Of a stretch of DNA of 64,000 nt, positions 37,899 to 47,905 are shown one piece after another (position 1 is the stretch's first letter; each line of letters opens with the position of its first letter). The notes under the pieces are model-generated. The model searched no databases, was not told the origin of the DNA, and was given only the letters and a program-made list of their open reading frames with translations. Made by a program: the position numbers and the translations under genes. The DNA is from an uncultured Cytophagia bacterium. Its GTDB lineage: Bacteria > Zhuqueibacterota > Zhuqueibacteria > Residuimicrobiales > Residuimicrobiaceae. The DNA lies in assembly GCA_964436305.1 (NCBI GenBank), contig CAYTCI010000004.1, positions 11,964 to 75,963 of the forward strand, given 5' to 3'.

Positions 37899-39158
37899 AT
37901 GAAACGAAACCCGATTTGCCTGCTGGCCCTGCTTCTTGCCACCCTGACCCCGGTTTTCGCCCAGAACCGGCCGGGGCCGCGCGGCCGGGATGCCATGGGG
38001 CCCGATATCTTTCAGATCCGCTTTTTCTGCTCGACCCGCCCGGAACAGCGCCCCATGGGCAGCGTCGATGCCTATATCCGCATCGCCAACGATGCCCTCT
38101 CCTTTCTCAAACAGGACTCGAGTTCCTGGCAAGCCCGCTATGATCTCGAGCTGATGATCTACGGCGGCAGCCGTGAGCTGGCCGCCTACAAGATCCTGCG
38201 CGACACGGTCACGGTCAGCCGCTTCGAGCTTACCAATTCGCGCATCAATCCTCGCACCCATGCCATGCACTTTAATCTCAAGCCCGGCGACTATACCTGG
38301 CGGCTCAAACTCCTCAATGCCGAGCAGCTGCCGCTGATCGAGCGTGAGGATCGCCTCAAGGTCCCCGATTTTGGCCTGGACCAGCTGCAGATCAGCGATA
38401 TTTTGCTGGCCGACAGCCTGGATTGCTCGGCGGGGCTCTACGCCCTCAATTTGCGCGGTGTTTTCAGCCGCAACAGCGGCGCCGTCGGTGTCATTTATGA
38501 GCTCTACCCCCCCGCCGGCGCCGACTCGGTGCGGACGCAGCTCACCCTGAGCGACCTCTCCGGCCGCAAGATGATGGAACAGCGTGAGAGCCGGCCGGCC
38601 GAGCCGGTGCTCCACGGCTGCATCGACCTGGGCAAGGAGATCACCAAGCCGGGCGAGTATCTCCTGCAGATCCGCGCCAGTGCGGGTTCGCGTTCGCTGC
38701 AGACCTCGCAGCGTCTCTTCCTGCTCTGGGGGCATGCCGCCGGCCCTGGCCTCAGCAACGAGGCGGCCGTCGAACAGCTCGCCCTGATCGCCAAGGGCAG
38801 CACCATTCGGGAGATCCTGCGGGCGCAAGGGGAGGAACGCGAAAAGCTGGTCGATGCCTTTTGGGCGCAACGGGACCCGACGCCGGGCACACCGGAGAAC
38901 GAATTGAAGGACGAGTTCTACCTGCGCCTCGATTTTGCCAATCAGCAGTTCGGCGAGCCGGTGAGCGGCCGGCCGGGGTGGCGTACCGATCGCGGCCGGG
39001 TCTTCATCCAGAACGGCACTCCGGACCAGATCGAGAAGCAGGGCGGCGAGATGGGCATGGCCTCCGCGGAAATCTGGAGCTACAATCGCCTCAACCGCCG
39101 CTATCTCTTCGTCGATCGCATGAACAATGGCGAATTCCGCCTGCTAAAAACCGAGTGA
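37899..39158 (+). CDS. GWxTD domain-containing secreted protein
   Basis: The signal peptide is MKRNPICLLALLLATLTPVFA. The C-terminal region has the GWRTDRGRVFIQNGTPDQIEK block typical of the GWxTD family. Confidence 0.65.
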   Translation: MKRNPICLLALLLATLTPVFAQNRPGPRGRDAMGPDIFQIRFFCSTRPEQRPMGSVDAYIRIANDALSFLKQDSSSWQARYDLELMIYGGSRELAAYKILRDTVTVSRFELTNSRINPRTHAMHFNLKPGDYTWRLKLLNAEQLPLIEREDRLKVPDFGLDQLQISDILLADSLDCSAGLYALNLRGVFSRNSGAVGVIYELYPPAGADSVRTQLTLSDLSGRKMMEQRESRPAEPVLHGCIDLGKEITKPGEYLLQIRASAGSRSLQTSQRLFLLWGHAAGPGLSNEAAVEQLALIAKGSTIREILRAQGEEREKLVDAFWAQRDPTPGTPENELKDEFYLRLDFANQQFGEPVSGRPGWRTDRGRVFIQNGTPDQIEKQGGEMGMASAEIWSYNRLNRRYLFVDRMNNGEFRLLKTE

Positions 39159-39244
39159 ACGGCCATAATTCTCTTGATAAATTCGACCGCTTTTTTGTAT
39201 ATTGGGACGTGTTCATTCCGTAATCCTAAAGGAGCCCTGAGGCG

Positions 39245-39868
39245 ATGAAAGTGTGGCAGCGCAGTAAAAACCGGGAATTCGGCAAGACTCAGCTCATCTG
39301 GCGGCATCGCGCGGCCGGCCGGTTTGCCGGCAAGATCTTCAGTTGGCTCCTCAGCGGATTCGTCCTCGGTCTGCTCGGCGCTGTGTTCCTCAATGGCCTG
39401 GGGATGGAAGCCCACACAGCCCAGTACGCCGGTCGCGTCGTCTTCTTCGCCGTCTTCGTCGTGGGGTGCATCAGCGCCTGGTTCCGTAATCTCGTCTACG
39501 GCTTGCACTACCGCATCACCCCGCAGGCCCTGCTCTTTGTCCAGCCGCTCTGCGGGATCGAGGCCCTGCGCAGCGGCGGCGAGCAACTCCTCCGCGGCGA
39601 CCGCGTCGAATTCATCCCGTGGGAAGAGATCAAGTCTGCCGATGAGACGGAGGGAGCACTGACCCTGACCCTCAAGGACGGCTACCAGATCAGCGTCGGC
39701 GTGACGCCGGTCAACGCCCTGTGGACACCAACCGCCGATGGCGGCATGGAAAAGCGCATCCCCCTGGGGGGCGCGGGCAAACAGAATGGGCCGCTGGATA
39801 AAGAGGCCCTCAAACTGATCCTGCAAAAGATCCGCGAGATCAAGAAATCGGCCGCAGCCAGGGCCTGA
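39245..39868 (+). CDS. Hypothetical membrane protein
   Basis: An aaaggag RBS is present. Two predicted TM helices (FSWLLSGFVLGLLGAVFL and VVFFAVFVVGCISAWF) are followed by a soluble tail. Confidence 0.45.
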   Translation: MKVWQRSKNREFGKTQLIWRHRAAGRFAGKIFSWLLSGFVLGLLGAVFLNGLGMEAHTAQYAGRVVFFAVFVVGCISAWFRNLVYGLHYRITPQALLFVQPLCGIEALRSGGEQLLRGDRVEFIPWEEIKSADETEGALTLTLKDGYQISVGVTPVNALWTPTADGGMEKRIPLGGAGKQNGPLDKEALKLILQKIREIKKSAAARA

Positions 39869-39953
39869 TGGCCCTCTCCCTCTCGCCGCACCCGGTCGGC
39901 CGGTACGGCGATGAGGCTCGCAACCTGTTCCGGCAAACCGAAGGGAATCAGCC

Positions 39954-40751
39954 ATGCCCTCTCGCATAACCCCGCTCGATGTCTCGGCCTACGCGACGCC
40001 CGATGTCTACCGCATGGGCGAACAGATCTATGAAAATGGATGGGTGCGGCACCGGTTCCAGACCAATTACGGCCTTTCGGCGACGGTACGCAGCAAGGGG
40101 CATTACCGGGTCGAGATGATCATCGATGGCGAGCAGTTCTTCGGGCGCTGCACCTGTCCTGTCGGCAGCAGCCGCTGCGAGCACCAGGTGGCGCTGCTGC
40201 TGACCTGGCTCTACGAGTCGCCGACCTTCACCAGTTACCAGGAGCTGCGCCGGGCGATCCGGACCAAGGAGAAGAATGCCCTCGTCGACATCCTGGTCAA
40301 CCTGATCGAGGTCTTCCCCGACCTCAGTTCCTTTTTCATCCGGCCTGCCGGCCGTGACGAAGCCGCCGCTATCCAGGAAGAGGTGGCGACCATCTTCGAT
40401 TTTCCGCAAGCACAAAAGATCGATCCCCAACAGATCGTCGAGGCCTGCCAGGTGCTCTTCGTGCGCGCAAAATCCCTGCATAATGAGGGCAAGAACAGTC
40501 ATGCCCGTCTGATCTACTTTGAGATCCTCAACCGCTCGCTGGCGCTGATCGACCGTTTGCAGACCAGCAAGCCGTTCCGCGAGAATTTCATCGCCGAAAT
40601 CGCTGATGATTATGAAGACCTCACCACCAGCGATCCCGACTTTGCCGCCAGCCGGCCGGCCATCGCGGCCGAAGTGGAGCAGATCCTCGCCCACGAATCG
40701 GCCGAGACGGAAGGCGTCTTTCTCGAGCTGCTGAAGCAAAAGCTGGCGTAA
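39954..40751 (+). CDS. SWIM zinc-finger domain protein
   Basis: The SWIM motif is CTCPVGSSRCEHQVALLLTWL (CxCx7CxH). The rest of the 265-aa protein is alpha-helical and unclassified. Confidence 0.6.
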   Translation: MPSRITPLDVSAYATPDVYRMGEQIYENGWVRHRFQTNYGLSATVRSKGHYRVEMIIDGEQFFGRCTCPVGSSRCEHQVALLLTWLYESPTFTSYQELRRAIRTKEKNALVDILVNLIEVFPDLSSFFIRPAGRDEAAAIQEEVATIFDFPQAQKIDPQQIVEACQVLFVRAKSLHNEGKNSHARLIYFEILNRSLALIDRLQTSKPFRENFIAEIADDYEDLTTSDPDFAASRPAIAAEVEQILAHESAETEGVFLELLKQKLA

Positions 40752-40809
40752 ACTCCGCTTCTCCCCCCAACATTCTGGTTCCCTATCCCTTCCCCGACAG
40801 GAGGCTGTA

Positions 40810-41529
40810 ATGAAGTACCGGCTCCATATCATCCATTTTGCCTTGTTTTTCCTGGCACTCGTACAAGTGGCGCAGGCGGATATTTATCTCAAGGAATCCG
40901 AGCACGCGGATGCCATCGCCGTCATGGGGCAAACCCATCCGGCGCGGGATGTGACCAAGACGACCTGGATGACACTTGACAAGGTGCGCCGCGATGAACC
41001 CGGAACCTCGGTCATTCTGCGCCTGGACAAGGGTTTGCTCTATATCCTGCAGCATGCGCAGCAGACCTATATGGAGATTCCGCTCAATTTCGCCGCCGCC
41101 ACCGAGCAGCCCGCGGGAGACCTGGGGATCAAGCTGAAGGTGACGCCCACCGGTGAGAAGAAAAAGATCGGCAACTGGAACTGCAGCAAGTATATCCTCA
41201 AGCTCGAGATGGGAGGCATGGGTTTTGCCAGTACCAGCGAGATCTGGGCGACCGAAGAGATCAAGATCGATCCCGCCCTCTACGCCAAGTTCGCCGGCGC
41301 CATGATGGCCGCCAACCCCATGCTCGCCTCCGGCCTGCACGCCATGATCGAGGAGATGCAAAAGATCAAGGGCGTCCACGTCCTCGATCAGACCAGCATC
41401 CAGATGATGGGCCAGACGGTTACCACCTCCACCACCCTGATCGAATTCAGGCAGGGCAAGGCACCCGACGGGATTTTCGAGCTGCCGGCGGGCTACAAGA
41501 AGCAGTCGATGATGGGTGACATCAATTGA
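40810..41529 (+). CDS. Secreted hypothetical protein (DUF4412-like)
   Basis: The signal peptide is MKYRLHIIHFALFFLALVQVAQA. The family resemblance is weak. The stop overlaps the dapF start. Confidence 0.45.
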   Translation: MKYRLHIIHFALFFLALVQVAQADIYLKESEHADAIAVMGQTHPARDVTKTTWMTLDKVRRDEPGTSVILRLDKGLLYILQHAQQTYMEIPLNFAAATEQPAGDLGIKLKVTPTGEKKKIGNWNCSKYILKLEMGGMGFASTSEIWATEEIKIDPALYAKFAGAMMAANPMLASGLHAMIEEMQKIKGVHVLDQTSIQMMGQTVTTSTTLIEFRQGKAPDGIFELPAGYKKQSMMGDIN

Positions 41530-42329
41530 AGCTGCATTTCATCAAAATATCAGCGACCGGCAACGATTTCATCCTCATCGACAACCGTGCCGGGCAGTGG
41601 TCCGCCGAGCGGGATGCGGCGCTCTTCAGCCGTCTTTGCCGCCACCATGAGAGCATCGGCGCCGACGGCGTCATTCTGCTCGAGCCCTCCGCGCGCGCTG
41701 ATTTTCGGTACGTTCACATCAATGCGGACGGCAGCATCGCCGGGATGTGCGGCAACGGCAGCCGTGCCATCGCCTGGTTTGCCCGGCGCCTGGGTCTGGG
41801 CGATGCAGAGTTCTCCTTCGAAATCTGCGGCCGCCTTTACCAGGCCCGGGTGGAGGGTGGGCAGGTGACCACCCGCATGATCCCGCCGGGTACCATCGAC
41901 CTCGACCGCGACGCCGCCACAGAGCGGGGATGGCGGCCGGGCGGATTCATCGATACCGGCGTGCCGCATTATGTCATACTGGTCCCGGAGGTCCGCCAGG
42001 TGGAGATCGCCAGCGAGGGGCCCTTTTTCCGTTACCACCCCCTCTTTCCCGCGGGCGCCAACGCCGACTTTGTCGAGATCGTCGATGCCCATCATCTCCG
42101 GGTGCGCACCTGGGAACGCGGGGTCGAAGGCGAGACCCTGGCCTGCGGCACCGGCGCCATGGCCTCCACCCTGGTCTGCTACCGCCGCGGCCTGGTCGCG
42201 GCGCCAGTGCAGCTCGATTTTCCCGGCGGCCGTCTGACCATCGATTTCAATCCGGAGCTCTCCGCCATCACCCTCACCGGAGCGGTCGATCCGGTCTATG
42301 AGGGCGATCTCTTCGCAGAACATGCCTGA
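41526..42329 (+). CDS. dapF: Diaminopimelate epimerase
   Basis: KISATGNDFILID, GMCGNGSRAIAWF and ACGTGAMAS (both catalytic Cys contexts) are present. The TTG start overlaps the upstream stop. Confidence 0.85.
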   Translation: MKLHFIKISATGNDFILIDNRAGQWSAERDAALFSRLCRHHESIGADGVILLEPSARADFRYVHINADGSIAGMCGNGSRAIAWFARRLGLGDAEFSFEICGRLYQARVEGGQVTTRMIPPGTIDLDRDAATERGWRPGGFIDTGVPHYVILVPEVRQVEIASEGPFFRYHPLFPAGANADFVEIVDAHHLRVRTWERGVEGETLACGTGAMASTLVCYRRGLVAAPVQLDFPGGRLTIDFNPELSAITLTGAVDPVYEGDLFAEHA

Positions 42330-42356
42330 CGGCTTGCGCCCGCCATTCTCTCCTGC

Positions 42357-42395
42357 AAAAAAAAGCCCGGTTCTGATCAGAACCGGGCTTTTTTT
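42357..42395. terminator. Bidirectional intrinsic terminator (dapF side and ABC-transporter side)
   Basis: An A8 run precedes the perfect 24-nt palindrome gcccggttctgatcagaaccgggc (42365-42388), which is followed by a T7 run. Confidence 0.7.
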
Positions 42396-42413
42396 ATTGC
42401 CGTATGAGGGTAT

Positions 42414-43829
42414 TCAATCGTGCCGCAGTGCCTCAACCGGATTGACCCGGGCTGCACGCGCCGCCGGATAGAGACCCGCCAGCAGGCTCACCAGAATCGA
42501 AAAGAGGATGGCGCCGATGATGAGCCAGGGCGACAGATAAAAGAAGTCAATGTCGCCGCCGGGGCCGCCCTGGCGCACCATCCAGAGGTTGGCGATCCAG
42601 TTGGCCAGGCGCGAGACCAGCCAGCCGAGTACCACCCCAAGGAGGCCGCCGGCCAGGCCGATAGTCCCCGCCTCGACGAAAAAGATGGTGCGAATCTGGC
42701 GCTCGCTCGCCCCCACCGCCTTCATCACGCCGATCTCGCGGGTGCGCTCGAGGATCGACATCACCATGGTATTGATGATCCCCAGGGCGGCGACGATCAG
42801 GGCAATGGTACCGATGGCGCCGAGGGCAGTGTCGACCATGATGAATCCCCGTTTGATCTCCTCAAGCTGGTCCGCCAGTGCAAATACCGAAAAATTAAGC
42901 TCTTTCAGGCGTTTGCGAACCGATTCCAGATCCTTGATATCCCGCAGGCGGACATAAAGTGCATCGTAGCCACCGGAGGTGCGGCCGCTGCGGCTGAGCA
43001 TGTTCCACATGCTGGTGAAGGCGAAACGCGGCAGGTGCTTGCCGGTCTCGAGCGGCACGACAACGCCGCCCTGGATCTGCTCGTTGCTGAAGGCGTGCGG
43101 TTTGGGCCGGATGCCCTTGAGCCGCAGGCGGGTGATCTGTTCGCGGAAGGGCGGTTGCATACCCGGCATCATCCCGCCGCGCATCACCTGGCCGAGGTCG
43201 AGCACGGAGGTCACCACCTCCACCTCGGCGCCGATGAGCGAATCCGCGGGCAGCTGCCGCCAGGTGCGCACCGAGTCGGAGAGGCTCGCCTCCCCTTCCC
43301 CTTTCAGGACGATCTTGAGGCCGGCGAGGGTGGAATAGGCCAGCACCGCCTCGCGCGCGCTGTCGCTGCTGAAAAAGCCGCCCCAGCCCATCCGGTCGTA
43401 CGGGCGGTAGCGTCCCATAACCACGGGCACCGAGCGCAGGGTGGTGCTGGTTTCGCGGCCGGCAAGGCGTATGCGGACGGGGAAGGAGATCTCGGGGAAG
43501 ACCACGGCCACCCCGGGCAGGGCGGCGATCAGGGCGACGGCGGTATCATTGAGCGCTCGCGTCCGCTGCTGCAGGCCGCTTACAGCGGCATCCATATTAC
43601 CGGACATCGCTTGTCCGATATCGACCTTCATCGGCAGGACGCGGATCGAGGTGAAGAGATCGTTGGCGGTGAAGGCCTCGGTGACGTTGCGCTGCATGCC
43701 GGCGCCGAAGGAGACCATGGCGACCAGCGCGCCGATGCCGATGATCACGCCGAGGGTGGTCAGCACCGTGCGCAGTCTGGTGCGCCAGAGGGTATCCAGA
43801 CTGAAGCGGATGAGGTCGCTGCTCTTCAT
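42414..43829 (-). CDS. ABC transporter permease, FtsX/LolE-MacB family
   Basis: N- and C-terminal TM bundles (FtsX-like) flank a large periplasmic loop. It overlaps the upstream ATPase gene by 4 nt. Confidence 0.8.
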   Translation of the reverse strand: MKSSDLIRFSLDTLWRTRLRTVLTTLGVIIGIGALVAMVSFGAGMQRNVTEAFTANDLFTSIRVLPMKVDIGQAMSGNMDAAVSGLQQRTRALNDTAVALIAALPGVAVVFPEISFPVRIRLAGRETSTTLRSVPVVMGRYRPYDRMGWGGFFSSDSAREAVLAYSTLAGLKIVLKGEGEASLSDSVRTWRQLPADSLIGAEVEVVTSVLDLGQVMRGGMMPGMQPPFREQITRLRLKGIRPKPHAFSNEQIQGGVVVPLETGKHLPRFAFTSMWNMLSRSGRTSGGYDALYVRLRDIKDLESVRKRLKELNFSVFALADQLEEIKRGFIMVDTALGAIGTIALIVAALGIINTMVMSILERTREIGVMKAVGASERQIRTIFFVEAGTIGLAGGLLGVVLGWLVSRLANWIANLWMVRQGGPGGDIDFFYLSPWLIIGAILFSILVSLLAGLYPAARAARVNPVEALRHD

Positions 43830-44518
43830 GCCGGCCCCCGCAGGGCTTCCGGCGCGACGAATTCGCCGTCGAGCATGTGGAGCTGGCGGTGGGCGAGCCG
43901 GGCCGCCGCTTTTTCATCGTGGGTGACCATGAGGAGGGTAAGACCGCCGTCGCGATTGAGCTGCTGCAGGAGGTCGAGGATCTCGCCGGCGGTGCGGCTG
44001 TCGAGGTTGCCGGTCGGCTCATCGGCGAGAAGAATGGCGGGCTCGTTGGCGAGGGCACGGGCAATGGCGACGCGCTGCGCCTCGCCACCGGAGAGCTCGG
44101 CCGGCTTGTGGCTCCGCCGCGGGGTCAATCCGACCAGATCGAGCAGGGCCGCAGCCCGGCGATGGCGCTCCTCCCGCCCGCGGCCGGCGAAGATCATCGG
44201 CAGGACGACATTCTCGAGCGCGGTGCGGGAGGGGATGAGATTGAAGGACTGGAAGATCATCCCCACCGTATTCCGCCGGTGCAGCGCCAGCTGTTCGCGG
44301 TCAAGGGCGGCCAGGTCGCGGCCCTGTACCAGCAGCTGTCCGGCACTGGGGCTGTCGAGGCCGCCGATGAGGTTGAGCAGGGTCGATTTGCCCGAGCCGG
44401 AGCGGCCGACCAGGGTGACGAACTCGCCGGCAGCAATGGTGAAGGAGAGGCCGCGCAGGGCCGCGACCTCCGCCTTGCCCTTCTGGTAGTGCTTGTGCAG
44501 CCCGATCGCTTCGACCAC
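43826..44518 (-). CDS. ABC transporter ATP-binding protein, LolD/MacB-type
   Basis: Walker A (GRSGSGKST), signature (LSGGEAQRVAIARAL) and Walker B (ILLADEPTGNLD) motifs are present. A GTG start at 44518 is chosen; the alternative ATG at 44587 would overlap fumarate hydratase beta by 50 nt. Confidence 0.75.
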   Translation of the reverse strand: MVEAIGLHKHYQKGKAEVAALRGLSFTIAAGEFVTLVGRSGSGKSTLLNLIGGLDSPSAGQLLVQGRDLAALDREQLALHRRNTVGMIFQSFNLIPSRTALENVVLPMIFAGRGREERHRRAAALLDLVGLTPRRSHKPAELSGGEAQRVAIARALANEPAILLADEPTGNLDSRTAGEILDLLQQLNRDGGLTLLMVTHDEKAAARLAHRQLHMLDGEFVAPEALRGPA

Positions 44519-44537
44519 GGTTGCACCGTGCAGGCCG

Positions 44538-45101
44538 CTATTTGATCCCGTATTTGGCAATGCCTTCCTGATAGATATTGCCGCCATGGCAGTCCTGGGC
44601 GACGATGGCCGGAAAATCGACGACCGTCAGCTTGGCGATCGCCTCGGCGCCAAGTTCGGGCCAGGCGACCGTCTCGTTGGCCTTGATGGACTTGGCGATC
44701 AGCGCCGCCGCGCCGCCGACCGCCACCATGTAGACGCCGCAGTGGGTCTGCAGGGCCTCGGCGACCTTGGCGTTCATCTCGCCCTTGCCGATCATCCCCT
44801 TGGAGCCGATGGCGAGGAGGCGCGGGGCGTAGGCATTCATCCGGCCGCTGGTGGTGGGGCCGGCCGAACCAATCGGTTTACCCGGCCGTGCAGGCGAGGG
44901 ACCGACATAATAGACCAGATGGCCGGTGAGATCGACGGGCAGGGGCTGGCCCGCATCCAGCAGATCGACCAGCCGCTTGTGCGCGGCATCGCGCGCGGTA
45001 TAGATGATCCCGGTGATGAGCACACTGTCGCCGGCGTGAAGCGTCTTGACCACCGCATCGGTCAGGGGCGTCGAGATTCTCTTGATATCCGCCATAACCA
45101 C
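44538..45101 (-). CDS. Class I fumarate hydratase beta subunit (Fe-S hydro-lyase, tartrate/fumarate family, C-terminal domain)
   Basis: The product is 187 aa and carries VLITGIIYTARDAAHKRL...GPTTSGRMN...KGMIGKGEMN, typical of FumB/TtdB-type beta subunits. Confidence 0.85.
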   Translation of the reverse strand: MVMADIKRISTPLTDAVVKTLHAGDSVLITGIIYTARDAAHKRLVDLLDAGQPLPVDLTGHLVYYVGPSPARPGKPIGSAGPTTSGRMNAYAPRLLAIGSKGMIGKGEMNAKVAEALQTHCGVYMVAVGGAAALIAKSIKANETVAWPELGAEAIAKLTVVDFPAIVAQDCHGGNIYQEGIAKYGIK

Positions 45102-45116
45102 ACTCCTTGGTTGGGA

Positions 45117-45959
45117 TCAGATCACGATCGATTTGTGCCGCGCAGCGTGGCACTGAATATTGACGGAAGCCGGCAGCGAAGCGATATGGCAGGGGAAGAC
45201 CTCGACGTGGACATCGAGAGCGGTGACCCGGCCGCCGAGCCCCTGCGGGCCGATACCGAGCTTGTTGATGCGTTCGAGCAGCTCCAGCTCCATGGCCGCA
45301 TAAAAGGGATCGGGATGGCGATCGCCGACCGGGCGCAGCAGGGATCTCTTCGCCAGCCAGGCCACCTTTTCGAAAGTGCCACCGATGCCGACGCCGACGA
45401 CGATCGGCGGACAGGGGTTGCTGCCGGCGCGGCGCACCTTGTCGACGACAAAATTCTTGACGCCCTCGGCGCCGTCGGAGGGGGTGAGCATGGCCACCTC
45501 ACTCATGTTCTCCGAGCCGCCGCCCTTGGGGGCGATGGTGATCTTTAATTCCTTGCCGGGTCTGGTCTCGATCCAGATGATCGGCGGGGTGTTGTCCTTG
45601 GTGTTGACACGCTGCAGGGGATCGGAAACGATCGATTTTCGCAGGAAACCATCGCCGTAGCCCTTGCGCACCCCTTCGGTGATGGCCTCCTCGAGGGTTT
45701 TGCCACCGACGATCACCTCCTGGCCCAGTTCGACAAAAAAGACAGCAAAGCCGGTATCCTGGCACATCGGGAATTCGCCCTCCTGGGCGATGCCGGCATT
45801 TTCGATGATCTGTTCGAGGATAGCACGGCCGGTGGGAGACTCCTCCCGGGCCAGTCCCTCCTTGAGGGCGATAAGCACATCCTCGCCGAGATGGTAATTG
45901 GCATCCACGCACAACCTGGCGACCGCTTCACTGATGACTGGGGCTGCTATTTCTCGCAT
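45117..45959 (-). CDS. Class I fumarate hydratase alpha subunit (Fe-S hydro-lyase N-terminal domain)
   Basis: The start is the internal ATG 45959 (MREIAAPV), which has a GGGAGCAGG RBS. It carries CQDTGFAVFFVELGQ and CPPIVVGVGIGGTFEK, the Fe-S ligand region of FumA/TtdA-type alpha subunits. Confidence 0.85.
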   Translation of the reverse strand: MREIAAPVISEAVARLCVDANYHLGEDVLIALKEGLAREESPTGRAILEQIIENAGIAQEGEFPMCQDTGFAVFFVELGQEVIVGGKTLEEAITEGVRKGYGDGFLRKSIVSDPLQRVNTKDNTPPIIWIETRPGKELKITIAPKGGGSENMSEVAMLTPSDGAEGVKNFVVDKVRRAGSNPCPPIVVGVGIGGTFEKVAWLAKRSLLRPVGDRHPDPFYAAMELELLERINKLGIGPQGLGGRVTALDVHVEVFPCHIASLPASVNIQCHAARHKSIVI

Positions 45960-46066
45960 AACCTGCTCCCTTGGGATGGGCCCGTCCGGCCTGCAGCGGG
46001 CCGCCCGCTTATTTAGTTCGCTCAAGTACAGGCCCGCCGGCGCGGGCCAGAACTGGATTGCGATTC

Positions 46067-46095
46067 AATCTAGCAAAGCCGCCGGACAATGTCAA
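46067..46095 (-). promoter_or_regulatory. Sigma-70-like promoter for the fumarate hydratase genes (TTGACA-N17-TAGATT)
   Basis: On the minus strand, TTGACA (rc of 46090-46095) is followed by a 17-nt spacer and TAGATT (rc of 46067-46072). It is about 100 nt upstream of the alpha-subunit start. Confidence 0.4.
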
Positions 46096-46123
46096 GTGAT
46101 TCTGCGGACTTTTTCAGCTCCCG

Positions 46124-47905
46124 CTAGCGCAGCCGCTCCTCCAGGCCCTCGAGTTCTCTCAGGAGCTGACGCGGCAGACGCGAACCGAAGGTGGTGAAGA
46201 ATTCGCGGATGGCGGCCGCCTCCTTGTGCCAGCCTTCCCGGTCGATCCGGAAAAGCTCCGCCACTTCCGCTTCCGGCATCCCCAGTCCCGTCACATCCAG
46301 CGCGCCCGGCGCGGGCACGTAGCCGATGGGGGTGGCCAGGGCGTTTTCGGCGCCGTCACAGCGCTCAAAGATCCACTTGAGCACCCGGCAGTTCTCGCCA
46401 TAGCCGGGCCAGAGATACCTGCCCGCCTGATTTTTACGGAACCAGTTGACGTAAAAGATTCGCGGCAGTCGGGGGGATTCCTGGCGGTTGCCGACACAGA
46501 GCCAGTGGGCGAAATAATCGGCCATGTTATAGCCGCAGAAGGGAAGCATGGCGAAGGGATCGCGGCGGATCACCCCGACCGTACCGTCAGCGGCGGCGGT
46601 ACGCTCCGAGGAGACCACGGCGCCGAGAAAGACGCCGTGCTGCCAGTTAAAGGCCTCATGCACCAGCGGGATCAGCGAGGGCCGCCGCCCGCCGAAGAGA
46701 ATGGCCGAGATGGGCACCCCCGCCGGATCCTCCCAGGCCGGGTCAATCACCGGACATTGCGCAGCGGGCGCCGTGAAACGGGCATTGGGATGCGCCGCCA
46801 GCTTGCCGCAATCAGGACTCCAGGGCTGATTGAGCCAGCTGGTGAGACGCTCCGGCTTTTCCGGGGTCATGCCCTCCCACCAGATATCACCCTCAGGCGT
46901 CAGGGCGACATTGGTAAAAATGGTATTCTCGCGCATGCTGAGCATGGCATTGCGATTGGAGGCCATCGAGGTGCCCGGAGCAACTCCGAAAAAGCCGAAT
47001 TCAGGGTTGATCGCATGCAAACGGCCATCCTGGCCGAATTTCATCCAGGCGATGTCATCGCCGACGGTCTCCACCTTCCAGCCCGGCAGGGTCGGAATCA
47101 GCATGGCAAGGTTGGTCTTGCCGCACGCGCTCGGGAAGGCGCCGGCAATGTACTTTTTTTCGCCCGCGGGATTGGTCAGGCCGAGGATGAGCATGTGCTC
47201 TGCCAGCCAGCCGCCCTCGCGTGCCATCACCGAGGCGATGCGCAGGGCAAAGCATTTTTTGCCAAGCAGGGCGTTGCCGCCATAGCCGCTGCCATAAGAC
47301 CAGATCATCTTTTCTTCGGGAAAGTGGACGATATAGCGGTTTTCGGGGTTGCAAGGCCAGGGGACATCGGTCTCGCCCGGCTGGAGGGGTTTGCCCACCG
47401 AATGCAGGCAGGGGATAAATGGATTATCTCCAAGGGCTTGTAAAACCTCTTTGCCGATGCGTGTCATGATGCGCATATTGGCGACGACATAGGGGGAGTC
47501 GGTCAATTCGACACCGATCTGGGCGATGCGCGATCCCAGCGGCCCCATGCTGAAGGGAATGACGTAGAGGGTGCGTCCGCGCATGCTGCCGCGGAAAAGG
47601 GGGAGGAGCAGCGCTTTCATCTCATCCGGATCCCGCCAGTTGTTGGTGATCCCGGCATCCTCCGGATAGCGTGAACAAATGAAGGTGGCCTTTTCCACCC
47701 GGGCGACATCGCAAGGATCGGATTCGCAGAGGAAAGATTGGGGCCGTAGTTGGGGATTAAGGCGGCGAAATGTGCCCTTCTGTATTAAAATTGAACAGAT
47801 CTGCTCATATTCCGCCTGGGAACCATCACACCAGTGCACCTGATCCGGTTCGCAAAGGTCGACCATCTCCTGAACCCAGTGTTTCAAGCGCATATTCGAG
47901 GTCAT
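46124..47905 (-). CDS. pckG: Phosphoenolpyruvate carboxykinase (GTP)
   Basis: The product is 593 aa and carries characteristic GTP-PEPCK blocks ([46 protein letters not shown]). A GGAG RBS lies upstream. Confidence 0.95.
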   Translation of the reverse strand: MTSNMRLKHWVQEMVDLCEPDQVHWCDGSQAEYEQICSILIQKGTFRRLNPQLRPQSFLCESDPCDVARVEKATFICSRYPEDAGITNNWRDPDEMKALLLPLFRGSMRGRTLYVIPFSMGPLGSRIAQIGVELTDSPYVVANMRIMTRIGKEVLQALGDNPFIPCLHSVGKPLQPGETDVPWPCNPENRYIVHFPEEKMIWSYGSGYGGNALLGKKCFALRIASVMAREGGWLAEHMLILGLTNPAGEKKYIAGAFPSACGKTNLAMLIPTLPGWKVETVGDDIAWMKFGQDGRLHAINPEFGFFGVAPGTSMASNRNAMLSMRENTIFTNVALTPEGDIWWEGMTPEKPERLTSWLNQPWSPDCGKLAAHPNARFTAPAAQCPVIDPAWEDPAGVPISAILFGGRRPSLIPLVHEAFNWQHGVFLGAVVSSERTAAADGTVGVIRRDPFAMLPFCGYNMADYFAHWLCVGNRQESPRLPRIFYVNWFRKNQAGRYLWPGYGENCRVLKWIFERCDGAENALATPIGYVPAPGALDVTGLGMPEAEVAELFRIDREGWHKEAAAIREFFTTFGSRLPRQLLRELEGLEERLR

